This document shows positions 14,601 to 26,700 of a DNA stretch of 64,000 bases, one piece after another. Within the stretch, counting starts at the first letter, position 1, and every line of letters starts with the position of its first letter. A program made the position numbers and the translations under genes. The stretch is from Tubiluchus corallicola. Lineage: Eukaryota; Animalia; Priapulida. The notes under the pieces were generated by a model. It worked only from the letters and a program-made list of their open reading frames with translations. It had not been told where the DNA came from and did no database searches. Location of the stretch: NCBI GenBank assembly GCA_030141605.1, contig JAQGDQ010000006.1:1116001-1180000 (forward strand), given 5' to 3'.

Positions 14601-16311
14601 ATTGTGTTCCATGATGCAAATGGTAGAAACAGATAATTACTCGCTAGTAGACATTAAAGTATTTGGAGTCCTATCCATTTTCGCCCTAGGTTGACCAGTC
14701 TGTTTTTGCTAGACTGTCTGTTACAAGACGTCTCTTTCATTTGTTACAAGATATAGTAATTTAATTCAGAATCTTACAGTTTAGCTCCAAATCATTTTGC
14801 ATAGATAAGCAAATCTACACCTAGCAAAGACTATGAATGAAAACAGTATGGCAAATGTTACGGATTTACAGGTCTTATTAACTTCTGGATAAAAGCTGTT
14901 GTCCTTAGGAACTGTTTTACTACAGATGAACAAAAGTATTACTAGAAACTTGAATTACCTGTCAGGACATAAAACTGCCATGTTTGAAGCAACGACAGAT
15001 CCCCAGTCACCACCCTGAACATAAAATGACCTGAAGCTCAACCTGTCCATGAGTTTAAGGAGTATCTGAGCAGCAGCAACTTGATCAAACCCTGCAGCAA
15101 AAATATTCAAGGAATTAAGTTAATAATATTCTTTAGCAAAAGACTATGCTAGGGGTCAATTTCTCCCATTCACTCAGAAAAATCCATCTAGGGGCAATCC
15201 TTCTGGTGGAATAGTTGGGAATTAATCAGATCATGCAATGCTGTTCCATTATAATTTTTTTTGTAATTGTAATACAAGTCTGTAATACGAGTTAAACTGA
15301 TATTCAATGTTTTAATACACTTGACTGTAAAAAATGCAAAACAGAAAAACTGTGGCACTTACTGTGGGTCACAGTTGATGTTAACCTGATAAATGAAATA
15401 TTTTCAATACAATAAAAACATTCTCATTTAAATTTCACACTGGGTTGCTAAAAGTAGTAAACTCATTTAAATTGAACAGTATTAACCATTAAGTGATGTT
15501 TAAATTTATACAATGTATAGCTATGCAGAATTCCCTATAGGAGACTAAGAATGTATGTCAATATTCATAAGTAGTTTCTCTTTTGTAATTAAATTAGCAT
15601 ACACAGTTTTGTAATCATATATTTGATTTTCAACCCAGATAATTACTATAATGAAATATAAACATATTTTGCTGATAATGTATTTTAGAGACCTGGATGG
15701 TGAGGCGCCTCTGAAAAGCCAAACCCAGGTATTGAAGGCACGATAATTTCAAACACCTCATTTTCCACGGAACCGCCATTATTTAATGGATCAGAAAGAA
15801 ATGGGATGATTTTCAAAAACTCATAAAATGATCCTGGCCATCCATGGATCATCAACAATGGATATGCTGTCTTGTGAGAACTCTTGGGCTTTATGTGCAT
15901 AAAGTGGACGTCAATGCCCTGTATATTGGTGATATAATGATTAAACATGTCGAGTTCATCTTGAAAACGTGTCCAGTCATATGAAGTTAGCCAATAGTCC
16001 ACCAAAACTTTTAGAGTATCGCTGTTGAATCCATAATTGAATGCTACTTCGTGTAAAGTGTCGGCATATTTAGTGTGTTCCAAGCGCATTTTCAAATCTG
16101 CTATGTCAGCTTCTGTCAGAATGGGGTGAAATGGTCTTATACTCTCATTAACAGTTTGAAAAGCTTCTTTGCTCCATTGCAGTTCGTCAAATACTGGAAG
16201 TTCAGGCTCCTCATGTTCAAAATTAATTATAATAGTAAAAAACACTGCTCCTAATAATGAGCATACTGTAAAACACCAGAGATTACAGAAGCACGAAAAA
16301 CTAAAAGGCAT
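11650..16311 (-). CDS. EPHX1: Microsomal epoxide hydrolase (EPHX1/JHEH family), 5 coding exons, 480 aa
   Basis: Exons 16311-15693, 15091-14959, 14251-14046, 13830-13593, 11896-11650 join in frame (1443 nt) with GT-AG introns; the first donor GTCTCT is weak. Has an N-terminal hydrophobic anchor, HGWPGSF oxyanion motif, PSIPGFGFSE, nucleophile QGGDWG, ESGY, LNDSPAGLAAWILEKF, acid FPEE and base GGHFAA. Confidence 0.95.
12160..12727. mobile_element. Non-autonomous DNA transposon (MITE), Kolobok-like, in EPHX1 last intron
   Basis: TTAA|AGGAAAGGACAAG ... CTTGGCCTTTCCT|TTAA: 13-bp TIR with one mismatch and a TTAA TSD. TTAA TSD with purine-purine termini fits the Kolobok superfamily. Confidence 0.75.
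13226..13460 (+). mobile_element. tRNA-derived SINE with MetaSINE-like central domain (degenerate)
   Basis: A-box-like agtctagtgg and B-box-like agtttgatac, then ggtcttgccaaaggctgcaaaaatagtacctgttgttatcctgtcc...ggcatttaggg, resembling the Meta domain consensus as recalled from memory. Confidence 0.6.
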
Positions 16312-16973
16312 TTTGACTTAATTGCATGACGGAAGAAAGTTTATCATCAGTACAGTCCGATACTGAACCTTGCTCTCTACGTCAATGTGTAGTCTTTGCA
16401 TTATGACAGTTGTGTATCAACCAACCTGACCAGGACGATATAATGTATTACAAAACATTAACACGATCAAAACAGTTGAAATACCGTCAGCTTTTCTGTT
16501 ACATGGATTTGTAGATACAGACAAGATTGTTTATTTACATGAAATGGCAGAACATGCAGATGTTAATGAAATGAAACTTATCAGAACCTGAGGACAAGGG
16601 TCACACTACAGCAGGGCAAAAATAACAATTTTACTTGTATCTTACTCGGAAGGTGTTACGGAAGCAGCAACTGCACAGCAACAAAAATTTACATCTCGGA
16701 TTTATTGCAAAAAAATTGGAACAGCTCCTCCTGTTAGTTAATCTTCAAAACAACATTTGTTCATCACGGAACAAACAAGTAAGTTTTTATTTTTACATTT
16801 CCGTTTAGGTTGCAAAGCTTATCGGCTACAGTACAAATGTACTTAGTTAACAAAGCTATACAAAACACAGTTGATTTTATTTTGCCTTGGATTGAGTAAA
16901 TATTTCAATCAACATCAACTAGCAATACGAGAGAACTCTACCGAGATTTGTCAACATTAGCAAGAAAAAACGT

Positions 16974-17148
16974 AATTTGGCAGTTAAACACCGAGCAAAG
17001 ATAAGTACTTGTGGTGTGTTACACTGAGACGTACATAAAATTGAATTGTATTGTAACTCACCACAAATAATTTAATTTTATGAACTTCTCACTGTAAAAC
17101 ACACCACTTGCCATCTATCTTTGCTCAGTGTTTATAAACTTCCAAATT
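16974..17148. mobile_element. Foldback/palindromic MITE
   Basis: Arms of about 75 bp: aatttggcagttaaacaccgagcaaagata...gtggtgtgttacactgaga...cataaaattgaatt versus aatttaattttatg...tctcactgtaaaacacaccac...tatctttgctcagtgttt...ccaaatt. Confidence 0.8.
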
Positions 17149-17382
17149 TTGTAAACCTCACTCTCAGGTTACCAGCACTTTTTATTCAGGTATGTTAATT
17201 TATTCTGTTTGCTTTTTTTAATTAATTTTTATTCTAGCAAAAACCAATTCTATAGTTCTGTGTTTTTCTTTTTATGCAGTCATTTATATTCTTTTCTCTA
17301 ACTTATATTTCAAACCAATGATGTTTAGCTAAAATTTTGTTTTTAATGTTCTTACATTGGTACACATTGTTTTAACAATTTG

Positions 17383-17428
17383 TTATTTTTCGCTGATGAG
17401 GGCCGCTAGGGCGAAAGCTACGGAATAA
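17383..17428 (+). ncRNA. Minimal type-I hammerhead ribozyme motif, Penelope-like element remnant
   Basis: ttatttttcg CTGATGA g ggcc-gcta-gggc GAAA gc TA cggaataa: catalytic core CUGAUGA/GAAA, imperfect stem II, palindromic AGCT in place of stem III, UH site, and stem I pairing of cggaataa with ttatttttcg. Confidence 0.65.
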
Positions 17429-17791
17429 ATATTACAATGTTTGAGAGTATAAAGGGCATTACGTTTTTTCTGTTAATAAATACTTGCATTTGCACTTGGT
17501 TTTGAGTGCCAACAGCCATCAAATGTATAGGCAAACAATTTTTAAACTATACCATTAATAAATTATGTGAACTGAAGAAAGGATTAATCTATATTACGCA
17601 AAAGATAAAATTTGCGACCTTCCTAGAACTTAAATGCTGTTTTAACATTTTGAATTTTCGCAGGTCTCGTTGTAGTGATGTGTTGTGTTCTATAAGGCAA
17701 CCTCGGTCTACACGGAAAGCCACCTATTTTGTTGTGAGTTCTCCATTGCAACTTACCTAATGCACTATGTTCCATCATATCTGACTGCAAA

Positions 17792-20700
17792 ATGGAAAAG
17801 CAAACGCACTCTAAAGCTGAGACTTTTACTACACATATTTCGCAAAATGAATTAGTGAAAGATGTAGATACAATTTCCAATATTTCTGATGTTTCTAAAA
17901 TGCGACTGCAACGCGAAATGGGATTCTGGACTGCATCAGCCTACACAGTTGGCTCAATAATTGGTTCTGGGATCTTTATTTCTCCAAAAGGTGTGTTGCT
18001 TCATGCAAGATCACTTGGATGGTCTATGCTGATTTGGGCCATGTGTGGTTTATTTTCCATGCTCGGAGCTTTGACATATGCAGAACTAGGAACGTCTATA
18101 CCAAACAGTGGTGGTGACTATGCTTATACAAGAGAAGCTTTTGGAAATTTTCCAGCCTTTGTATTTTCACTATGGACGAAAAACATATGTGTTGGACCAG
18201 GTGCAATCGCTATCATGGGTTTAACATTATCCGAATATGTTCTTGAGCCCATATTCCCATCTGGGTGTAAAGAGCTCAATATGATAAAACAACTAATTGC
18301 TATCCTTTCAATAAGTGAGTAAATACACAGTTATTCTTCTTCTTATTCTTATTATTGATATTGCAAGCATTTATATATCAAGTGCCACGATTAGATTTTT
18401 TATTCTACAGCGCTTTATACACATCTTAAACGAAACATACAAACAACTGATAAAAATTACACATGCTAAAATACAGCGTTAAGAGCTACTACTGAATTCA
18501 AAATAATAAAAGTTTATTACACACAACAGACATATAAAATAGATAAACAAATAAAAATAACCATAATACATGAACAACTATTAAACACTAAAAGACTCCT
18601 TTAACGGGCAAGTTTTTAATTTATTCTGGAAAGCACTGACTGTGTTATTATAGTTTTCAACTAATTTGGCAGTGAATTCCAAAGTTTACGTGCAGCAACG
18701 ATGAAGGCTCTGTCTCCAAAAGTTACATGCTTACTTCTTGGGCTAATTAAAAACACTGTTACTATGAGATCTCATTAGATACCGACCTTGAGGCTTTTCA
18801 ATAAGCATTTTGTAGTTTCATGAAGGGGCCATTTATAACAGACCCATCGGATGCAAATAATTAATGGCGAGGCCAAGACTAAAGGTTAAAAGGAGCGTTG
18901 TAAGCTACTGTACTGGGGTCCAGGAGGCTTTTAGTAAAAAAAAATTAAGAATTTTAGCAATATGCTAATTTTTATCTGTGTATACATATTTTCATGTTCT
19001 ACATGAAGAGCAATTGACTTTTAAGTATAATTTGGTGATCACTATCTTGGGACACGTACATCAAAGACTTCGCTTAGGCTCCAAAATGTGTACAGTTTTA
19101 TAGAGATTTTATTTTTTTTATTTAGCCCGTGAGCCAGTGGGGTGAACCTTACATTTCCCGTGTAAGTTTTTTTCTCGGTGGTTTTCTCATGTTCTGATGG
19201 AGGACTTTAAGAATATTAGGGGTGGCCCTGTGTCACCCTTAAGCAATTTGAGATATTGGACCAAAAATGTTACACTAGAGAAGTGTGCACTATAACAAAC
19301 CAAAATTGCCATGATCATGCAAATGAAAACACTAAGTAAACTAAATTTAATATTTTTAACTTAAAGGACATTAAAACAAATAAAAAATGATCGAGTTTTC
19401 ATGTACTCCACAGAATTTTTTTTTTATTAATGGTTCATGTGTTAGTACTATCTTAACCTACTAATCTTGAGATTTCATCACTTATTTAAATTAAATTACT
19501 AGGTAATAGTTTCTTTATCCAGATTATATTATTACCCCTCCTCCACAACTAAGTTACTGCTTTCATACAGTCCAATTCCTCATTTTGGCTCTGTCAGATT
19601 TTATTTGTTCATTATTACTGGGAGCCTTCACATGCATGGAACACGAAGCAAACTAATTATTGTGCACTGTTTATTATTTTGCACAACGTTGCATAATATT
19701 GTAATGACTTAAAGATTTGCATACTTTTGCTCCAGAATAAGAGCTCACATCATCTTTAAAATTGCACCTGTTTATAATTTTATCACTGAAGCCACAGTTA
19801 CTGGCTATAAGAGTTTTTGGTGTGCAATCTTTCAAAACCATCTAATTTGTGCCATCAAGAAAAAATGTTGAGTTCACTTCAACTACTTTTTATCCATCAT
19901 GTCTGCTTTAATGTGTGCTTGTTTCATTTTTGCTAAATGCTTCTATTGCTGATGGCGAAGTGCACAGCTTTGCACCAGAAGAAGAGCATTTGGTCATGGT
20001 TAAAATTCCATCTAGTGGTTCTAGTAACACCTGTTCTATGTATTTTACAGTGCCATACAACTATCCTAGTTTAGACATGGTACTATGTGCATTTGAGTAG
20101 GCTTATCCGTACCATGCACTGATGAATTTAGTAGATTGAGCTCCATTAGGCTGCTTTAATATTACCAAATTCAGGAATGCCAAAGCACAGTGTGGTTCTC
20201 TTTCCTACACTGAGTAAGTGCATAGCCTCCTATCATCTCTGGATTGATGATTTTCAATTGTTCAACCATTGTCATTTACCATTGTACGACCATTGGTGTG
20301 GGAAAATTATGATGCGAAAAGTGATAAAGCGAAACAGTATAATCAGTCTGTGTTATCTGAAAGAATAATGTTCCTTACTGGCTAGTGTTATGACCCATTG
20401 AACTTTTTCTTTGTGCGTTTTTTTCAGCCTGTCCTTTATTTTAATTTAGTGACACTCCTTTCTTCTGCTAAGGCTGCCTGGCCAATGGCCAGGTATTTCC
20501 AGCTTACCAGTGATGTCGGAATAGGAGATAATTCATAGGACAAAATTTCACTGATGTTTGTGTTATTGTTGAATTCCTGTAAGTCTTAAATAAGTTAAAT
20601 CAATATTACGTATTTTGCTTAATCCCATTTGTATGGGACAGATTGTCTCGTAGACCCTTGTGACCACTTACTTTCAAAATACTGTTGTAATGCAATACTT

Positions 20701-23700
20701 ATGTTGCCAAATTGACTACATTCAATGACAACAGTACAAGCTTCCCATTTACAACATTAACTATGCTGAGAATGTTGTTGTGGCACTAGAAGAGAATAGG
20801 TCTACCAGTCATCATGCCTCATAGCTGAAACGTACTTCTTCTAAGAATCTCATTCTTCACACAAACAAGACTCAGTGTTTATCCCTTTCTCTCTTCTTCT
20901 CTTTCAGTCATATTAGCTTCATCATAATGAAAACAAGTTTTATTGGATAATATACCCATAATGCTATGATGTGACGTTTGCTTGCTATGTTATCACATAA
21001 AGATCCATAGGGTATGTCATAGGTACCTAGCTAAGATAAGCAGATTAGCTAAAATTGTATAGTTGTAATTGTTATGGTCTTCCCAAACCCCACAAAAGAA
21101 TGTTTAAATTTCTAGCTGTTTTCTAAACTACACCAGTTATAATTTTACGAAACAGCACGCTTCAACTTAATACAGCAATATACATTAAGTCATTATAAAA
21201 ACTAATAATTACTGTACCCATATAATACATTATGCATATTGTAGCACAATTTTTGAATTGTGCATATCAAAAACTAGCTACCAATTTAATTCTACATCAG
21301 TGTCAGTTTCATTTGCCTAATCAGAATAGTTTTGGTATGTCACAGCACATACTTTTTCCATTGTAACTCTTTCTGTCCAAAATCTCAAAATGCTCAAGGC
21401 TGATAAAGGGTCACCCTTAATATTCTTAAGAGACCACCAGAACATGAGAAAACAGCTGAGAAAAACTTACACGGAGAATGCAAGGCTCAGCCAAAAAATG
21501 GCTTTTGTTTGCCAGACTAATCTACTAAAAAATAGACTGAATTCCACAGCAGTAGCCAATGTAAAGCTTTTAAGACCAGGGTTACATGACCACTTTATGG
21601 AGCAAAACAGAGACAGGGGCAGCTTTCTGAACTGTTTGAAATCTGTCTAAATGGATTTTCGAAATGCCAAACAATATTTGATTGCAGAAATCAATTGTAA
21701 GAAAGCATATACTAAGGCATTGGTAGTTTCTGTTGTTTGTATCTTCATCTTCCACATTTGTTCTAGTCTGAATTAATCACAAAATTATGCTTTTAGCGAC
21801 TTTATTTTAGATTCCAATTCGGTCATACAGAAGAAAGTAAGTAAAGTGCCTCCATCGCTCTAATGGTAGCAACTTTCTTCTTCATAGTTTTGCCAGTTTG
21901 GTTTTGGAGACTGATTGACTAACTGATCGTAATAAAAATGTCTTCTTTCCTCCATATAGGAAATTTTTCTATTTAATTTCTTCGTTTCGCATTCTGTTAC
22001 ACAGAGAAATTCTATTCCATATATATTATCTTTAGTACTGGTGACGTACATTCACTGGTTCAGATCTCGTACTGGAAGTACCGTACAAGTTGTAACTACA
22101 GTGACAAAAGTTTTTGCCTTAGTCATCATTATTTTCACTGGAACTGTCTGGTTGATTCAAGGCAAGTATCAGAAGCTTTTACCTCAATATTACGAATCAT
22201 AAAAAAATATATATGTACTGATATTAATAAAAAGATTACCTGCTAAGTTTGTGTATTAGCAACATTGCTTAAACTTCACTTTTGTAATCTTCAAATTAAT
22301 TACAGGAAACACGGAAAACTTTGCAGAACCATTTCAACCAAAACCCAAGTCTGTTAGCAGCATAGCACTAGCTTTTTACTCTGGATTATGGGCATACACA
22401 GGCTGGTAATGTATACAGTACTGTATAATATTCACAACTGGTGCTGGTTTTGAGATAAGCTGGTGCAAATTTATCAACTAAGAAAGCAAAGCAGCACAAT
22501 AAAACAAAAATTATTTGATACAAAAAGTGAGAAGTCATCATGTTTTGATGCAGTTTCTTCAGTTAAGTTTTTTACTGTGCAAGATAGTAAAACAAGTGTT
22601 ATTATCCTGTTATTACAGTTAATATTAGGTTTATTTACAAGCTTACTAGGTTAATACTTAGTTAAGAATGGTTACAGTAGTATGCATGGCTGTTATTTTA
22701 TGTTCCTGAAATATGGAAAATATGTTACAGAGAACTAGTAATGAAATTTATACATAAAGTTGTATAAACATGATGTTTCTGAGTGATTTTTTTAATCGAT
22801 CAGATTTCGGATTTGGGCACAAATTGCAAAATTTCTTGGATTTCCAACCATTAAATTTGGCAAACTATACAGGTAGAAACATAGACATTGGTACAGTGTT
22901 TACAAAGCAATTTGGAAAAGACACGAATTAGTAGTGAAATTTATATAAAAACTTGTATATAAACATGATGTTTCTGAGTGATTTTTTTTAATCGATCAGA
23001 CTTCGAAAAGACACGAATTAGTAGTGAAATTTATATAAAAAGTATATAAACATGATGTTTCTGAGTGTTTTTTAATCGATCAGATTTGGGCACAAATTGC
23101 AAAAATTCTTGGATTTCCAACCATTAAATTTGGCAAACTATACAGGTAGAAACATAGACATTGGTACAGTGTTTACAAAGCAATTTGGAAAAGACACGAA
23201 TTAGTAGTGAAATTTATATAAAAACTTGTATATAAACATGATGTTTCTGAGTGATTTTTTTTAATCGATCAGACTTCGAAAAGACACGAATTAGTAGTGA
23301 AATTTATATAAAAAGTATATAAACATGATGTTTCTGAGTGTTTTTTTAATCGATCAGATTTGGGCACAAATTGCAAAAATTCTTGGATTTCCAACCATTA
23401 AATTTGGCAAACTATACAGGTAGAAACATGGACGTTGGTACAGTGTTTACATAGCAATTTACCGTCCTTTGTGTTGGTGATTAAGAGTAAATTAAAGCTA
23501 TTATGACACACAGACGGGCCATAAGACAGACTTCGAAAAGTATGTCAGAATCACCCTCAGACGATTAGCTGGAACTAGCACTTTAAATGCAGTAATGTCA
23601 CAACTGGTAAGTTACCTAAAAGAGGTAAAAGGAAAGGTTGCATGTAAAAGGGATGACATAACTTCGTTGAAAGGAAAAGTTGAAGAGTCAGCCAGTGAGA

Positions 23701-26700
23701 TGAGGGCCCTCACCATCGTACACAAAAAGTTAAATGACAGATTTAAAGTTGAACAAGAAAACGCAAGTTTAAAAGAAACTATAATAGAGCTAAAATCTAT
23801 AGTAGAAAACCAACAGCACTAACTTGACAGAGTAGATGCAGAGAAGCAGGCAAGAAATGTCATAATAAGTGGTGTCCCAGAAAGTGAGACAGAAGTCGTT
23901 CAAAAACAAGTATTAACTATAGACATGGACAAATGTAACTACATCATGCAGACGATGGGGTAGTGCCCATTAGTTATGAACTAATAAGCCTGGGGTCCAT
24001 GCTGAGAAACAATGAAGGAAATGGTGTAAAGCAAGCAGAGAATAGGCCAAGGCTTTTAATGAAATGCAAATGCTCGAAAAATTATATAGAAAATGTGAAA
24101 AAGCTGAAGCAGCATAGTGGCTGGATAAAAAAAGTGCTTTTGAAAAGAGACGATCTGCCTAGCAAAAGAAAGCTCAATGCAAAGCTAGTTCAGATGCTTA
24201 AAGACGAAAAAAGTAAGCCCGAGAATGTAGGGCACACTTTAAAAATTGACTGGAAAAATAAGACAATACGAGATGATGTTATAATAATTAACCAGGTTTT
24301 TTTGCAAGAGGGGTAACTGATAATAACACTTCATTAAAGATCTGTTCTTGGAATATAAATCAGTTAAAAATAAGGTGGGTAATAACTCTATTGCAAATTT
24401 TTTGTCACAGTTTGATATTGTACTGCTGTTAGAATGTAAAACTACTTCATGTTTTCGTGTACCAGGTTTCAAAGTTTTTTGAAGTAAGCTCAATAAGGGT
24501 GTTACACATAGAGGTGTGGTGGCGCTGTTGATAAAGCACAATTTAGTCAACGGGATATTAAAAATGGATTGTACTAAAGTAGATCAGGTTTGGGTCAGAA
24601 TTAATGTTGTACTAAGGCTGGTAATAGGATATATATCAAAGTTTCATAGTCGTTAATATTGGCATTAAAAATGCTAAGGAGCAAGGACTGAGTATCCTGT
24701 TAATGGGAGACTTCAACGGCAGAGTGGGCAATTTTGAACTAATAAAAGAAGAATGTGACACCCAATATGCACAAAATCCAGGTACATACAAGAAACAGCA
24801 CGGGAACAAACTACTTAGGCTTTGCATTGAAAATGATTTAGTTGCCTAGCAACCACTTAAAGCTGCACGGTGAGGAGTTGGGTGGGGGACTGTATTTCTG
24901 TATGAAAGATAGGTGGATGTCTCAACTTGACTTTCCGATTATTTCCCGTCAACCAGCATTTAATACACTCAGCAACATCATGTTACTGTCCAACCATGCA
25001 CCGATTATGCTGGAGCTCAAACATAACAAGTTGTACGTGGGACAGTTAGAACAAAGAGCTAGCTTTCTGGGTGACCATTACACATACACGCATTACACAT
25101 TACGCATACAATACACAAAACAGTGCTATGTAGAAAGACCATTAAATCAGAGCGTGACAACATAAACCAGTTTAAAGAAAAAATCACCACTGCAGGAAAC
25201 GAGGCAAGAAATGTGGTGCGTAGATGTAGACTGGATAGTGATGAATATGGCAAACGATTTATATGACTGCTTAAAACAATGCAGGACTAGGAGACGACCA
25301 GTTGTAAATGGGCTACCTACCGACAGATAGAGTACACTATTTAAAAAAATGAAAGGGACATTTGGAAAGCAATTAATTGAAAGGGGGAGATTAAGTCTGA
25401 CAGGTTCACAGAACAGCATCCAGCGTCCATTTAGTGCCATTTTGAAAATTTGTTAAGAACTGAGGAGACAAATGATAATCTACAGGATCGGTTGGCAATT
25501 ACAATGTCTATGTTCCGGTATTAGAAGATCCAATAAAGATGCAAGAAGTAAAAGAAAGTATAACTCTGCAAAAAGCACATAAATCTGGTGGACCAGATGG
25601 GATACAGGCTTCATTGTTTCAGTATTTGCACGACGACTGGATATCTATAATAACAATGCTGTTCAATTGGATATTTATGAGTGCTCGCTTCCCACTGGTA
25701 TGAACAATTGCCAAACTTGTAGTCTTATTTAAAAAAGGAAGCATGCTGAATGCAGCAACTACCGAGGTATTAGTAGGATCTGTTCTTGCTGTAAGGTGTA
25801 TGATACCATAATTAACAGAGGATTACAGTTATGCAAGACCCAGAACAGTATAACAGGGTGCTCAATGCAATACAGGTTGTATCAAATAGATTCTCACCTT
25901 ACAATTACTTATAGATGCAGCAGCTAGGAAAAAACGCAAACTCTTTATCCTGTTCGTAAATTTCGAGAAGATATTCGATAAGGTGAACCGAAAAACAGTA
26001 AACGAAGTACTAATGCATTACCGATGCGGGTCCCTGATGTTAAACGCAATTGCAACAATGTATAGCTTGACAAAGAGTATACTAGGGAACTGAACCTTCT
26101 GTTATAATTGGGGGGTCAAGTAGGGTTCTCCCAGCTCTTGTACACTCTTCTGCCTCCGTGTTAATCACCTCATTCGCATGCTGAAATGCATAGGAGAGGA
26201 TAGCTGGCTAGGACAAATACAAAGTCTATTGATGATAGATGACACAGCTTTATTAGCAGCAAACTGAGAGAGATCTAAAAGAAACCTTGAATGTTTAATG
26301 CAGTAAGATGCAGTTCCTTGTTATAAACGGGAAACAGGATGACAAGCAAGCTCTAAAAATGGAAATATAATGATAAAAAAATGTCAGTAGCTGACTTATC
26401 TTGGTGCCCTTATTACAGAAGTGACGAAGTAGAGTGCAATTATCAACAAGCAGATGGATGAAAAAGTTCCTCAGGTTCTGAAGTTTTTTGCTTTTATTGA
26501 TAAAAATGAAGATGCGCCGTTCTAGGTAAAAAGTAAAGTGCTGAACTGCGCCTTAACGTCTAGTATATATTGCAGGGCCAAAACAAGGAATCCTGATTTT
26601 ACATCATATCTGCCACATGCTACATATCTTAGTTGCTAAGAAGTCAGTGTGCAATGATCTAGTTTTGTTAGAATCAGGATACCCGGCGTCTCCAGATTGG

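Noticed and set aside
19800-20960. LINE-like scraps (minus-strand SYELSPIPTSLV; plus-strand YAENVVVA)
   Set aside because: Probably old L2/RT debris, but too degenerate to delimit as features.
22733-23460. CRISPR-like array
   Set aside because: Intervening blocks are themselves repeated, repeat units are too long, there are no cas genes and the context is eukaryotic.
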